Of a DNA stretch of 64,000 nucleotides, positions 39,473 through 50,738 are shown piece by piece. The notes beneath the pieces were generated by a model. That model made no database searches and was not told the DNA's origin. It worked only from the letters and a program-made list of their open reading frames with translations. Location of the stretch: contig CBDFFH010000020.1 in assembly GCA_965246715.1 (NCBI GenBank), forward strand, positions 1-64,000. Reading direction: 5' to 3'. The translations under genes and the position numbers were made by a program. Within the stretch, counting starts at the first letter, position 1; every line of letters starts with the position of its first letter. The DNA is from Chamaesiphon sp. GTDB lineage: Bacteria > Cyanobacteriota > Cyanobacteriia > Cyanobacteriales > Chamaesiphonaceae.

Positions 39473-40339
39473 ATGCCCCAACCAGTCGTTCTCGCCGACT
39501 ATAAGGATGCTTTGACACCTTACCGCAGCTACCGAGAACGTTATTACTGTCCTGTTTGCAACGGGCACAATCTTACTTTTTCTACCACAGGTGCCTGGAT
39601 GTGTTGGAACGAGCCTACCAGAGAGCATAGGGTTGAGATTATGGCTCGACTAGTACCAAACTTTAAACAGTTCGCCCGTAGAGTCAAGTCAGAACCTTGT
39701 CCTGTCATCATCCCCCGCATCCATCCCGCTCGACTCCACTTTCCTTTGATGAAAGATGAGCATTTGGCTGAAACGATTCCCCAAAGGGGACGCTTCGCGA
39801 ACGGGGGGCGAACAGTTTATTGGTATTCCGACAAGCAAAGGGTGGTGCGGATCGATTATCGCACGGACAAAGTAATTTTTCCTCAATCCTTCAATGGTAA
39901 GGAGTGGCTCGATGGTGCTGGCTCAAATCCTTGGATACCCTACGGATTATCCAGGTTGCTCCCATATCCAGGCAAGATTAACCTCGTCCTAGTTGTGGAG
40001 GGTCAAAAGTCTGTTGAGATTGCCCACAGTCGCGGCATCCCAGCTTTTTGTTTGGAATCTGGTGACTATTCCAATCGAACTGCTTTCGATAAGCTCCGAG
40101 TGGTTAAAGAGCGGTTGGGGCGAGTTTTGTTGGTGGTGCTACCAGATTACGATCTCGCTGGTACTTATAAAGCAGAGCGGATCGTCCATACCGCTCGTTA
40201 TTTCTCATTGCCAACATTGTTACTCGATCCTCTGCAAATTGAGTCGAATCTGAAAGTTGCTGATGATATCGAGCAAATGCCGAGTCTCGATGCCGATCGA
40301 TTCATGGAAATTGTCAAACGAATGCTTTCTCTGCCTTAA
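39473..40339 (+). CDS. Primase-like protein (zinc finger plus TOPRIM)
   Basis: YYCPVCNGHNL...CWN; VVEGQKS; LPDYDLAG. Confidence 0.7.
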   Translation: MPQPVVLADYKDALTPYRSYRERYYCPVCNGHNLTFSTTGAWMCWNEPTREHRVEIMARLVPNFKQFARRVKSEPCPVIIPRIHPARLHFPLMKDEHLAETIPQRGRFANGGRTVYWYSDKQRVVRIDYRTDKVIFPQSFNGKEWLDGAGSNPWIPYGLSRLLPYPGKINLVLVVEGQKSVEIAHSRGIPAFCLESGDYSNRTAFDKLRVVKERLGRVLLVVLPDYDLAGTYKAERIVHTARYFSLPTLLLDPLQIESNLKVADDIEQMPSLDADRFMEIVKRMLSLP

Positions 40340-40672
40340 ACAAGAAGAAAGCAAGTCTGTAGACCCGCCTTCTTATTGTTTGCGAGCGATTTTGTCTTTA
40401 CCAAAATTACTCACTTATCCAATTATTTACAAGGATTTTAAAAATTACATGAATGCTCTTATTATACCAGTTCCGGTTGCTGAAAATCTCAGTGGAGTAA
40501 CTGAATTTTCTAGTCTTGCCGATGAAGAACAACAGCTAGCACACCAAGAACAGTTAATGCTCGATCAGGAGATTTATTACCAAGATTCTCCGTACTAATC
40601 GCTTTGGATATGTGCTGCAAAGCTTGTATCGGCTTTGCAGATTTTTGTCAACTACTACCACATTGTAAAATC

Positions 40673-41381
40673 ATGAAAACTGGACGCACGATTGTCGAAT
40701 TAGCTCAAGAATTATTAGACCAGCAGGAAACCAAACGAGATTTCCATGCCAGCACCAAAAGTTTGACAATGGTGCCTAGTGGAAAATTTCAATTGGAAAC
40801 AACCAGCGGTTTAGAATTAATGCCAGCTACTAGTTATGCTCATGCACAGATGGCATCTAAGCTCAGTATTCCGAAAGTTTATTACGATCGAATGATGAAG
40901 CAGTCTCCAGATCTTTTGGCGGAAAATGTCAACCACTGGTTGGATGAACGGCAAGATGAAACGAGTCTCATTCGTACTCTGCGCGGTCAACTGCGGGCAT
41001 TTTTGAGTAGTCGATATCGGATTGTTGATAATCATGACATTCTCGCAATGGTACTACCAGAACTCAGTGAGATGGGTAGTGGGATTAAAATTGCAAGTTG
41101 CCAAGTAACCGACGAAAGAATGTATCTCAAGGTCATAAACACAGATATCGAAGCGGCAATTGCTGTCGGCGATCCAGTTCAAGCTGGCTTTATTTTGAGT
41201 AATGGTGAAATCGGGAATAGTTCGATTTCTGTTGAACCATTTATCATGAGGCTTGTGTGTACTAATGGTCTAATTCTCAAAGATAAGAAGCAACGCAAAA
41301 ATCATGCCGGACGTAGTGCTGAAAATAGCGATTTATATGCCATTGATACTATTCAAGCGATCGATGATGCTTTCAAGCTAA
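40673..41381 (+). pseudogene. DUF932-like protein truncated by IS5
   Basis: RAFLSSRYRIVDNHD, LSNGEIG...RLVCTNGLI motifs; frame runs into the IS end. Confidence 0.7.
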
Positions 41382-42287
41382 GAGGATGTTTGAAAAGTCA
41401 GTTGGTAAAAAAGCTCACTCGGTATAGACTACAGATAGATAATGAGTAGTGCTAAGTGAGCAGAATGAGTAAAGCATATCCTAGTAACCTGACCACAGAC
41501 CAATTTGAATTAATTAGTGGGATGATTCCAGCACCAAAGCCAGGTGGTCGTCCACGAGAGGTGGAGATCGCAGAGGTAATCAACGCAATCTTCTATCTAC
41601 TGTGTGAAGGATGTCGTTGGCGAGCGTTACCAGGAGATTTCCCAGCATGGCAGACGGTATATACTTATTTTCGAGACTGGCGCAAGGATGGAACATGGGT
41701 CAAAATCCACGATCGGTTGAGAGCATGGGTAAGAATAGAACAAGAGCGTCAACCCAGCCCATCAGAGGCTGCAATCGATAGCCAAAGTGTCAAAAGTGCC
41801 GCAATGGTCAGTGAGGCAGTTGGTTATGATGCAGGTAAGCAAATCAAGGGCAGAAAGCGGTTTGTGACAGTAGACACACTCGGCTTAGTCTTACGGGTAT
41901 GGGTGACAGCAGCCAATATCACTGAACGAGATGGTGGCATCCAAGTGTTGAAAAAAGTCAAACAAATGGGTCAATCGGTATCTCGACTGCATACAATTTG
42001 GGTGGATGGTGGTTTTAGTGGTGAGAATTTTCTGCACTTGGTAATGGATGTCTGTCATTGGCTGGTGCAGGTCGTGCTGCGACCAAAAGAACATAAAGGA
42101 TTTGTGCTATTACCTAAGCGTTGGGTTGTCGAACGTACCTTTGGTTGGTTAATGAACTGTCGGCGATTGACCAGAGATTATGAGAAACTACCTGAAACAT
42201 CCGAGACATTTATTTATCTGGTGATGATCCGTATAATGGTGCGGCGTTTAGCATAAAATTTGACCAGAAACTTTTCAAACATCCTCT
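41381..42287 (+). mobile_element. IS5-family (IS1031-like) insertion sequence
   Basis: TIR AGAGGATGTTTGAAAAGT / ACTTTTCAAACATCCTCT around a transposase ORF. Confidence 0.9.
41456..42256 (+). CDS. IS5-family transposase
   Basis: YPSNLT, GCRWRALPGDFPAWQTVY, IDSQSVK, VDTLG, RWVVERTFGW. Confidence 0.95.
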   Translation: MSRMSKAYPSNLTTDQFELISGMIPAPKPGGRPREVEIAEVINAIFYLLCEGCRWRALPGDFPAWQTVYTYFRDWRKDGTWVKIHDRLRAWVRIEQERQPSPSEAAIDSQSVKSAAMVSEAVGYDAGKQIKGRKRFVTVDTLGLVLRVWVTAANITERDGGIQVLKKVKQMGQSVSRLHTIWVDGGFSGENFLHLVMDVCHWLVQVVLRPKEHKGFVLLPKRWVVERTFGWLMNCRRLTRDYEKLPETSETFIYLVMIRIMVRRLA

Positions 42288-42609
42288 TAAGGATATCCCA
42301 TGTTAACTAGACTAATTGCTGCTCGTCAACACTTTATTTGTTTGCTAAATGGAGAATTTGAGAACCGAAAATTTTCGATTGGTGAGGCACTGATAGAAGT
42401 CTATTATGAATTCTTTGCTCTGTAACGAATTTCGAGGCTGTTTGTCACGAAATCTAATCCAAATCCACACTTTTAATGATTATTACCAGTCGCCGATCGT
42501 AATTGGTATTTTGTGGTGAGATCGATTAGTTATGCTACTACCCTGTCGGTAAATTATTTAACTCCCACTCAAAGTTAATTCGAGTGGGAGTTCTATTGAA
42601 ATATTTAGT

Positions 42610-43161
42610 ATGGATTTATCAATTTTACCAGATGACCAGTTACTCCAATTAATTGAAGCTGTAACCAAAGAAGTTGCCAGACGTGCGATCGCTATTCAAG
42701 CTGCTACTGAAAAATATTGGCAAGATACGAAGGAAGAGATTCTGAATCATCCTAATAATGTTGCCTCTCAACCTAGAGCTGACTCACCCACTAGCACTAG
42801 TGATGACCTGACTAAAGCAACAGTAGCTAGGTTGCTTAAAACTGCTGATTTCTTTAGGAATTATCAACATCATGCTTTTTCAGTAAATGTTTGGGAGAAG
42901 CAAGGAGATATCCGTCTATATCTCCAAGAAAGTTTCAAAGCTGATGGTTGGAAATTTGTTTACTATCACACGGGAAATAGATATCAAATTCCAGAGACAG
43001 TTAATGCCCCAGACCTCGATTCAGCTAGTATCTGTGCGTTCAGAAGTCTGGCGAGGATGCTCTGTAACGAGCTGCCATCAGGTTTTAAATGCTATGCCAA
43101 TGACGATATCAAACATCCGATTAATCCTACCCTATTACAACAATATCGGAGTCAAATATGA
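42610..43161 (+). CDS. Hypothetical protein
   Basis: 183 aa ORF overlapping the vWA gene start. Confidence 0.6.
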   Translation: MDLSILPDDQLLQLIEAVTKEVARRAIAIQAATEKYWQDTKEEILNHPNNVASQPRADSPTSTSDDLTKATVARLLKTADFFRNYQHHAFSVNVWEKQGDIRLYLQESFKADGWKFVYYHTGNRYQIPETVNAPDLDSASICAFRSLARMLCNELPSGFKCYANDDIKHPINPTLLQQYRSQI

Positions 43162-43748
43162 GCGGTTTAATTAACCCACTAGCAGCGATTATTCAACAAG
43201 CATCCAGATTACCGGATACAGGTATGGCTGCTAATTATCACCAGCGGATTGGGACTGGAAATCCCGATATTTGGTGCTTGCTACTAGATACTTCAGGATC
43301 GATGGATGCTGAGTGCAAAGGCAAAGAACGTCGGATTGATGTGCTACGAAAAGCTGTGGAAGGTCTAGATTGGCGTAACTACAAGCTATTTACCTTTGAC
43401 TCTGTAGTTGCTGAAATCACTAGTCCCGACGGTTTATGGCGATGTGGTGGCAGTACTGCTTTAGATCTAGCACTCGATCGAATTGTTGCCCTCAAACCAG
43501 CTCGTACCGTGGTGATTTCTGATGGTGAGCCGAATAGCGAACCAGAGGCGATCTCCTCTGCGAAGCGATTAACTGGCACCATTTCTACGATCCACATTGG
43601 TGACGATCGAGATCGGGATGCGATCGCGTTTATGCGAAAACTGGCGGAGCTAGGCTGTGGCAGTACCTACATCCAGGATCTCGGTCGAGGTCATGTGGAA
43701 CTAAGTGCCACTATCGATCGATTGATGCTGCCACCTTCAAGATCTTGA
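43158..43748 (+). CDS. von Willebrand factor A domain protein
   Basis: MIDAS LLDTSGSM, GGSTAL, VISDGEP. Confidence 0.85.
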   Translation: MSGLINPLAAIIQQASRLPDTGMAANYHQRIGTGNPDIWCLLLDTSGSMDAECKGKERRIDVLRKAVEGLDWRNYKLFTFDSVVAEITSPDGLWRCGGSTALDLALDRIVALKPARTVVISDGEPNSEPEAISSAKRLTGTISTIHIGDDRDRDAIAFMRKLAELGCGSTYIQDLGRGHVELSATIDRLMLPPSRS

Positions 43749-43828
43749 GATCCCAGATTGATGAGCACAGTAACACTTAATACCTAGTCAGCGATCGATT
43801 GCTGGCTTTTTTGTACCTATTCATATTT

Positions 43829-44176
43829 ATGAGTCGAAAAAAACATCGTTGTCAGGGACAAATTAGCCTGTTTCCAACTCCATCCTTGCCCGAACGCAGC
43901 ATTCTAGAACAATGCCTGTATCAGTCCTTACATAGCACGGCAGGAGCCAAAGAGCGGTGGGAGGAAATCAGAGCATTGCAACCCACCGATGTCGAAGTAA
44001 AACGTGCAATTGCCTACGAATTCGGTATTTATGGCGGTAGTACTTATCCACAAATGCACGCCCATGCGGGTGGGGCGAATCCAAAATTTTGGATGGACGA
44101 TGTAAATCTATGCAATCCACCAACTCTAACGGGGCAACCACTTATCGATTTAGTTAGAGAAATACTAGATTTATGA
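43829..44176 (+). CDS. Hypothetical protein
   Basis: ORF from MSRKKH following a hairpin/T-tract motif. Confidence 0.55.
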   Translation: MSRKKHRCQGQISLFPTPSLPERSILEQCLYQSLHSTAGAKERWEEIRALQPTDVEVKRAIAYEFGIYGGSTYPQMHAHAGGANPKFWMDDVNLCNPPTLTGQPLIDLVREILDL

Positions 44177-44247
44177 GAAACAAAAATATCTTAATTACCC
44201 AGTCATGCAATTAGAATTTTTTCCTAAACTAAAAGTAGAAATTAAAT

Positions 44248-44526
44248 ATGTACGAATCAGAAAATAAGAAAGTACAAGAAATCGTTCGGATCGTCCAAAT
44301 ACAAGGTTGTACGATCGAGGGCAAGAAAATTACTCTAAATGACTTAGATCGCCTTTGCCAAGATCTCAATCGATCGGATAAAGCAGAAATTGCAGATTTA
44401 GTAGGGAGTATTATGGGCGAACTAGAACATCTGTATAGCGAACGACAATACTTAAATGACAGTATTAAGCCTTTGGAGGCTACTAAAGAGAAATTAGCGC
44501 AAATAATAAATCTCAAATTAGATTGA
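44248..44526 (+). CDS. Hypothetical coiled-coil protein
   Basis: 92 aa ORF. Confidence 0.5.
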   Translation: MYESENKKVQEIVRIVQIQGCTIEGKKITLNDLDRLCQDLNRSDKAEIADLVGSIMGELEHLYSERQYLNDSIKPLEATKEKLAQIINLKLD

Positions 44527-44686
44527 AGATAATCAGTGTCAATTCAGCCTCTCTCGATCTATTTTAAGCTAAACTTACCGCCTTCCTAATGGAGGCCGCA
44601 GGAATTATCTAAAACTAAAGTCAAATCGAATTTCGCCAGCAATTAGTAATAGTTGCTGGCTTTTTTGTGTCCATTTATCGCTAAAT

Positions 44687-47600
44687 ATGATGATTACTCA
44701 AGCTCAAACTCAAACTCAAGTAGCTGTCACCGAATTAGCCGCTAAATTAATTGCTGGTAACAGGTTGACTCAAGATGTTGTCATCGAATTGATGAGCGAT
44801 ATCTGTGGTGGTGGCGCAGCAATGGGACGGTGGAATTGGAAGCAAGCTACCGATTTAATTGAAGCAGCAATGGTTAGTTCGATCCTCACGGGCAGTTTTA
44901 CCACGATCGAGGATTTCATGGATCTTCAGGCTCTAGTTCCTCACCACCAGATCCGCTCGGAGGAACAGATCCAGTTGCAACAGTTCTCAACTCCCCTCTC
45001 ACTCGCCTGGATTGTCGCGCGACTGGCTCAAATCAAGGAAAGCGACATCCTGCACGAACCGAGTGCGGGGACGGGGATTTTGGTGGCGGCGACGATTAGC
45101 CGACTCAATGGCGCATTCCCTCACAAAATTGTCCTCAACGAGATTTCTAAGTCTCGCAATGCCTTACTCCACGAACTATTCCCTACCTGTGGCTCGATTT
45201 ACGCTGTGGATGCAGAGCATCTCAATGATGTGCTGCCCCAAGGAGAACAGCCAACCTTGATTGTGATGAACCCGCCTTTTAGTGCCTCAGTTGGCAGAAG
45301 CAAGCGAAATCCCGACGCTTGCCTCAAACACCTGAGATCGGCTCTATTGAGACTACAACCCAATGGCAGACTGGTGGCAATCGTCGCTCATTGGCTCTCC
45401 CCTGAAAAGTACCCCGAATACTTTGCCAGCCTCCCCGCTCAATTACAACTGAGTTTATTTGTAGATGGCAGTCACTATCGCTATCACGGTACCTCGATGG
45501 ATGTCCGCATTTTGGTGTTCGATAAGATTACCAAGGTAGAACCGATTAGATCGATCGATCTCAAGTTCTCAGTTACTGCCAAAGAACTGGCAAGTTTGGC
45601 AATGGAAGCCACACCGAGCCGTCAGACTGTCAAATATTGGGAGCGGGAGGAACTATTGATGGCTGCTGCCGCTGCTGCCCCCAACCCCTTTGTCGAACTG
45701 CCCTTATTCCAACTGGGATTGCAACCACAGTTAACCATCATCCCCGTTATCGATTCCCTTGCAGATCCGCGCCCAGAAAAGATCGTGCAGGTAAATAAGC
45801 CTGAACCTGTTGTCGAGATCGCGTTAGATGGATTTGGTGAATTGGCGCGATTAACTTATCAACCCGCCGTCAAACAAGAAGTCGAGACAATTGATGCCGT
45901 ATATACACCGTATCAAGCCAGTGCAATTCATATCCCTGGCGCGGCACCACATCCTACCCCCCTGGCAGAATCGATCGCAATGGCGGCGATTAAGGCTCCC
46001 TATCCTACTGTCCAACCACTGCTGCCCAAGCGGATTCTAGCGGCAGGATTAGCCTCACACCCACAACTGGAAGCTCTAATCTACGTTTGCGAGGCACATA
46101 GTAAATTTCTGGATACCCGTTGGTACATCGCCGAGAATAAACAGATTGCTGTCGCCAATCCCGACAATCCCGACGGCAAATATCACCGCCAAGCAGCCAG
46201 TATCGGCGATTCTACGGGCGTAGGCAAGGGCGTGGAGGCGGCTTTGATTATCCTTGCCAACTGGTGTGAGGGGCGCAAGAGAGCGATTTGGGTGAGTAAA
46301 AATGAAGCTCTCCTTGAAGATGCTCGGCGTGATTGGCAACGGTTGGGCGGTAGTTCCCATCAAGTCGTTCCCTTATCGAAATTCAAGCAGGGCGAATCTA
46401 TCTGCTTGTCTGAAGGCATCCTATTCGTGACTTATGGAGGGTTGCGGAGTCCGGCTAAGGGCAGTAAGAAATCCAGAGTAGACCAGATTATTGACTGGGT
46501 GGGTGAGGATTGGGATGGGGCAATCTGTTTCGATGAGGCGCACATGCTGGGAAATGCGGCTGGTGACGATGGAGAACGAGGACAAACCAAAGCTTCCGCT
46601 CAAGCGTTGGCTGGTACCCAATTAATTAACCATTTAGCCAATGCTAGAGTCACTTATCTGAGTGCGACGGGTGCGGCTAAGGTTTCGAGCCTCAGCTATT
46701 ACCAGCGGATGGGATTATGGCAGACTAAAGCTTTCCCCTTTGCCTCCAGAGCGGCGTTTATCAGTGAGATGGAAGCATCCGGTACATCTGCCCTGGAGTT
46801 AGTCGCTCAAGATCTCAAGCGATTGGGGATCTATGTCGCCAGGACGCTGAGTTTTGAGGGGGTGAAGTTTGAAACTGTCGTTCATAAACTAACGCCAGCA
46901 CAGCGAGAAATTTGGGATACCTATGCCCACGCCTTTGTCTATATCCACCACCAAATCGATGAAGTTCTCCGATCGATCGGGTTGGAAAATGAGAGCGGTA
47001 AATGTACCAACGGCAGAGCTAAAGCAGCGGTTAGCAGTCAATTCGAGTCTGCCAAACAACGCTTTTTTAATGCCCTATTATGCGCTGCTAAAACTGACAC
47101 TTTAATCGAATGGATCGAACGGGACTTGGCTGAAGGTCGCTCTTGTGTGATTCAAATTGTCTCGACGAATGAGGCTCTAATGAATCGCAAGTTAGCCGAT
47201 ATTCCCACCAGTCAGTGGGGAGATATGCGGGCTGTCGATTTCACCCCCAGAGAAAATATCATCGACTATTTGATGAACTCCTTCCCCATCAACCTCTATC
47301 AAACCTATGTAGACGACAGCGGCGCGACTAAAAGCGAATTGATGACCGACCCCGAAGGTAATCCCATTGTCTCCCAAGAGGCACTAGCACTGCGAGATGG
47401 ACTGATCGAGCGGATGTCGGTACTCCCCCCTGTGAACGGACTGTTAGACCAGATCAACTGGCATTTTGGTCATCACCAGGTTGCAGAAATTACTGGGCGC
47501 AGTCAGCGGATTATCCTGGAAGACGGACGGTATCAACTAGCTCAACGTCCTGGCGCGAGCAATCTTGCCGAAACTGCTGCGTTCCAATCTGGCGAGAAAC

Positions 47601-49015
47601 GAGTGCTGATTTTCTCCGCTGCGGGGGGTACCGGACGCAGTTATCACGCCGATCTCGCTTGTGCCAACCAACAATTGCGCCGCCACTATCTAGTCGAGGC
47701 TGGCTTCGAGCCGATAGTTGCTTGCCAGGGGGTCGGCAGATCGCACCGCAGCAATCAAGCCCAACCGCCAGAAATCGTCTTGCTCACCAGCGATGTCAAG
47801 GGAGAATTGCGGTTTACAGCGACGATTGCCAGCCGTCTCAGTTCCCTGGGTGCCATTACTAAGGGGCAGCGCAACACGGGGAATAATGGGCTATTTCGCG
47901 GCATTCTCGACTTCACCAGCCCCTATGCTAAGTCAGCCCTGGCAGAGTTCTTTGCCGACATGAACGCTCAAGGAATCGATGGGATTTCACCAGCAGAATT
48001 TGCCGAATATACCGGACTCAAACTCCTGAATAAGGACGGGAATTTATCCGACAATCTGCCCAAGATGAACACCTTCCTCAATCGGCTCTTAGCTCTCAAA
48101 ATCGACCTCCAAAATCGGTTATTCGCCGACTTCGAGCAACGGATTCTGGAGCGGATCGCCCAAGCTAAAGCCAATGGCACATTCGAGCGTGGCGTACAGA
48201 CAATTTGGGCGGAGGGTGGATTTGAGGTAGTCGATACCCAATTATTGAGTACCCACTCTTCTGGCGGTGAAACGATCTGCTATGCAATTGACAAACTGAA
48301 TAAACCGAAGCAGATCTCGGTCGAACGCGCCCAACAAGCCGCTCTCCAATCTGGTTTCCGCTATTACCGTCATATTAAAAATGGTAATTTAGCGATCGCT
48401 CACATTACCGACCAGCATACCCACCGTGGCAATATTGTCGATATAGTCACTCTCTACCACCCAGTTCATGCCAAAACCTATCAACGACTGGATAAACCGG
48501 ATTTCGATAAGGTCTGGATGCCCGAAATTCCTAACGGTCAATATTGGCGACAGTGGCAGCAACTGATCGATTTGGCACCTGAGTTCGATCGAGAACGGAT
48601 CTATCTGTGCTGTGGATTGTTGCTGCCAATCTGGGGACAATTGCCAGGAAGTCCGCGTGTCTATCGACTCCAGACTAACGATGGTCGGTTGCTGCTCGGA
48701 CGAGAAATCGACAAGCTGAAAATCGATAAGGTGTATCGAGATTTTGGGATTGCTGGTGAGTCTAAACTGACTGCTGACGAAATCTTCCAACTAGTTTGGG
48801 AACGCAATGAGGTGACATCGGCGGGACAGTGGCAGTTACAGCGGAACTACTATAAGGGGGAAGATCGGTTGGAAGTAGTGGCTGTTTATGGTAGCGATAA
48901 AATCGATTGGCTCAAGGCTTTGGGCTGTTTTACAGAGATTATCAACTATCGGACTAAGGTGTTTATTCCGGTAGATACTGCGATCGAAATTATCGCCAAG
49001 CTCATCGCAATTTAA
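44687..49015 (+). CDS. Strawberry-notch-family methyltransferase/helicase
   Basis: QQFSTP, EPSAGTG and MNPPF methylase motifs; GDSTGVGKG, FDEAH, YLSATG; AGGTGRSYHAD, GRSHRSNQ helicase C-terminal motifs. Confidence 0.92.
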   Translation: MMITQAQTQTQVAVTELAAKLIAGNRLTQDVVIELMSDICGGGAAMGRWNWKQATDLIEAAMVSSILTGSFTTIEDFMDLQALVPHHQIRSEEQIQLQQFSTPLSLAWIVARLAQIKESDILHEPSAGTGILVAATISRLNGAFPHKIVLNEISKSRNALLHELFPTCGSIYAVDAEHLNDVLPQGEQPTLIVMNPPFSASVGRSKRNPDACLKHLRSALLRLQPNGRLVAIVAHWLSPEKYPEYFASLPAQLQLSLFVDGSHYRYHGTSMDVRILVFDKITKVEPIRSIDLKFSVTAKELASLAMEATPSRQTVKYWEREELLMAAAAAAPNPFVELPLFQLGLQPQLTIIPVIDSLADPRPEKIVQVNKPEPVVEIALDGFGELARLTYQPAVKQEVETIDAVYTPYQASAIHIPGAAPHPTPLAESIAMAAIKAPYPTVQPLLPKRILAAGLASHPQLEALIYVCEAHSKFLDTRWYIAENKQIAVANPDNPDGKYHRQAASIGDSTGVGKGVEAALIILANWCEGRKRAIWVSKNEALLEDARRDWQRLGGSSHQVVPLSKFKQGESICLSEGILFVTYGGLRSPAKGSKKSRVDQIIDWVGEDWDGAICFDEAHMLGNAAGDDGERGQTKASAQALAGTQLINHLANARVTYLSATGAAKVSSLSYYQRMGLWQTKAFPFASRAAFISEMEASGTSALELVAQDLKRLGIYVARTLSFEGVKFETVVHKLTPAQREIWDTYAHAFVYIHHQIDEVLRSIGLENESGKCTNGRAKAAVSSQFESAKQRFFNALLCAAKTDTLIEWIERDLAEGRSCVIQIVSTNEALMNRKLADIPTSQWGDMRAVDFTPRENIIDYLMNSFPINLYQTYVDDSGATKSELMTDPEGNPIVSQEALALRDGLIERMSVLPPVNGLLDQINWHFGHHQVAEITGRSQRIILEDGRYQLAQRPGASNLAETAAFQSGEKRVLIFSAAGGTGRSYHADLACANQQLRRHYLVEAGFEPIVACQGVGRSHRSNQAQPPEIVLLTSDVKGELRFTATIASRLSSLGAITKGQRNTGNNGLFRGILDFTSPYAKSALAEFFADMNAQGIDGISPAEFAEYTGLKLLNKDGNLSDNLPKMNTFLNRLLALKIDLQNRLFADFEQRILERIAQAKANGTFERGVQTIWAEGGFEVVDTQLLSTHSSGGETICYAIDKLNKPKQISVERAQQAALQSGFRYYRHIKNGNLAIAHITDQHTHRGNIVDIVTLYHPVHAKTYQRLDKPDFDKVWMPEIPNGQYWRQWQQLIDLAPEFDRERIYLCCGLLLPIWGQLPGSPRVYRLQTNDGRLLLGREIDKLKIDKVYRDFGIAGESKLTADEIFQLVWERNEVTSAGQWQLQRNYYKGEDRLEVVAVYGSDKIDWLKALGCFTEIINYRTKVFIPVDTAIEIIAKLIAI

Positions 49016-49927
49016 CAATATGCCCACGCTTGTTCGCAAGTTACGAGCAAGCGTCCCCACTTCTAAAAAAATATGATGTCTAGTTGCAGATTCTATCACC
49101 GATTTAATTCAAGAGGTGGACAGCATTGAGTAATAACCAAAAAGTAGATAGTGCTTCAATTCGGATATTTTGCGGGGTGGAAACTTTACCATATACAAGA
49201 GATCGCCGCGTAACTCTCAAAGGGAGTTTTGCCCGATCTGATTCAGAACATTGCCATCTTTTCTATTTACGAAATTGTTGGGGGAGAAAACGTACTTTCT
49301 TTTGGGCGGATCGCAAGCTGGGGATTGCCTACGACAAACATCAAAACTACTTTGTATTGATTGAATGATTTGAAGGCGGTATGAATTTTATGTATAAGCT
49401 CCGATTATTAAGGATGCTAAAACGATCGATATCAATCTCGAAGCTTGCATGTTGTCTTTATTTAATTAGGACAAATAGCCGAACCGATCTAACCGAGCTA
49501 GAGGATAAACTTAAATCGTAAAAAGTTAAAATCTATCTCTATTGAAGTGTGTATGTTTAATAAAGATTCGGCTAAAGTTAGCTTTCCGTGGGTGGCATTT
49601 TTAAGTCAGCCGATAGCTCATCCCACGGCTACATTAATCGTCAATCCAGCTAGATTTAAAAAGCTATACCATATCTGGCTATTAGAAAATTGTTTCAGGC
49701 ACGATCCAACAGCAAGAAGATTTACTAATAAATAAGTGTTGTTTGAGATCCGAAAGTAATTACTGCTGAGAAGAAAATGCTATAATGGGAGTGTGCGAAA
49801 TTTTAAATGTTAACGTTAGCTCATATTTAAGTAAAGACTCTTATCGTCTCGCCCATCATTTGATTCTCTCGATTTGATGCTAATAGCAATATGGGTTAGT
49901 AGTTAAAATCGTATTGGTGAATTTATC

Positions 49928-50332
49928 ATGAAAATCAAAGAGCTTGTTTTAGATAAAATAAATCAAAGTGAGTATGATGTTTTCATGCGTAAAGACTTTT
50001 TATCGATCGGTAGCGATCGACAAGTAGGCATAGTCCTAAAAGAGTTGTGTCAGGATCGAAAATTAATCAAGATCGGTCGAGGTTTATATGCTAAGACCGC
50101 AATTGCTTCCGAACCTCCTCTTGTTGGAGAAGTATACATTCGGATTGGTATAATTCAGGCTGCACGACAAGCCTTGGAGCGATTGGGTTATCAAGTCGTT
50201 CCCACTAGTGCGGGGAACGATCGCAACGATGGAGTGACAACTCAAGTTCCGACGGGTCGAAAAATAGGGATTAAGGGTGGTAAACCAACCCGAAAAATTG
50301 GGAATAAAATTACCTACAAATATGTCAATTAG
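49928..50332 (+). CDS. Winged-HTH protein, DUF6088/AbiEi-antitoxin-like
   Basis: VFMRKDF...QVGIVLKEL...KLIKIGRGLYAK...TTQVP. Confidence 0.65.
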   Translation: MKIKELVLDKINQSEYDVFMRKDFLSIGSDRQVGIVLKELCQDRKLIKIGRGLYAKTAIASEPPLVGEVYIRIGIIQAARQALERLGYQVVPTSAGNDRNDGVTTQVPTGRKIGIKGGKPTRKIGNKITYKYVN

Positions 50333-50738
50333 CATTGTATCAATACAAACATTAATTAGGCTAATAGAGATGTTAGAAACGAGATCTAAAGATCTAAAAA
50401 CTCGCGATCGAATGTTTGCCAGCTAAGTCGATAGTTCGCAATAATTATTAAGTTCATCTACCGGAAGCGATCGGATCGAGTCTAGATACAGAGTATAGCC
50501 ACCACACGATCGGGGAAAATTATCCCAAATCGACTCCTGCAATCAATTAGATTCTCTTGCAGAGAGGCTGCGCCAACGGTACATCTGTTACATACCAAGA
50601 GATTCTAGACTTCTCGATCGATTATTGAGCTTGGTTATATTCAATTAAAATATAGTCATAGCCGACAACCTAGAGCCATGCCTATACAGTGAGACACAAT
50701 TGCTCTTTATCTAACACTAGACAAATGAGAGATTCATC

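Noticed and set aside
45012..49099. Short ORFs overlapping the strawberry-notch gene
   Set aside because: Alternative-frame or antisense shadows of a long, motif-rich CDS.
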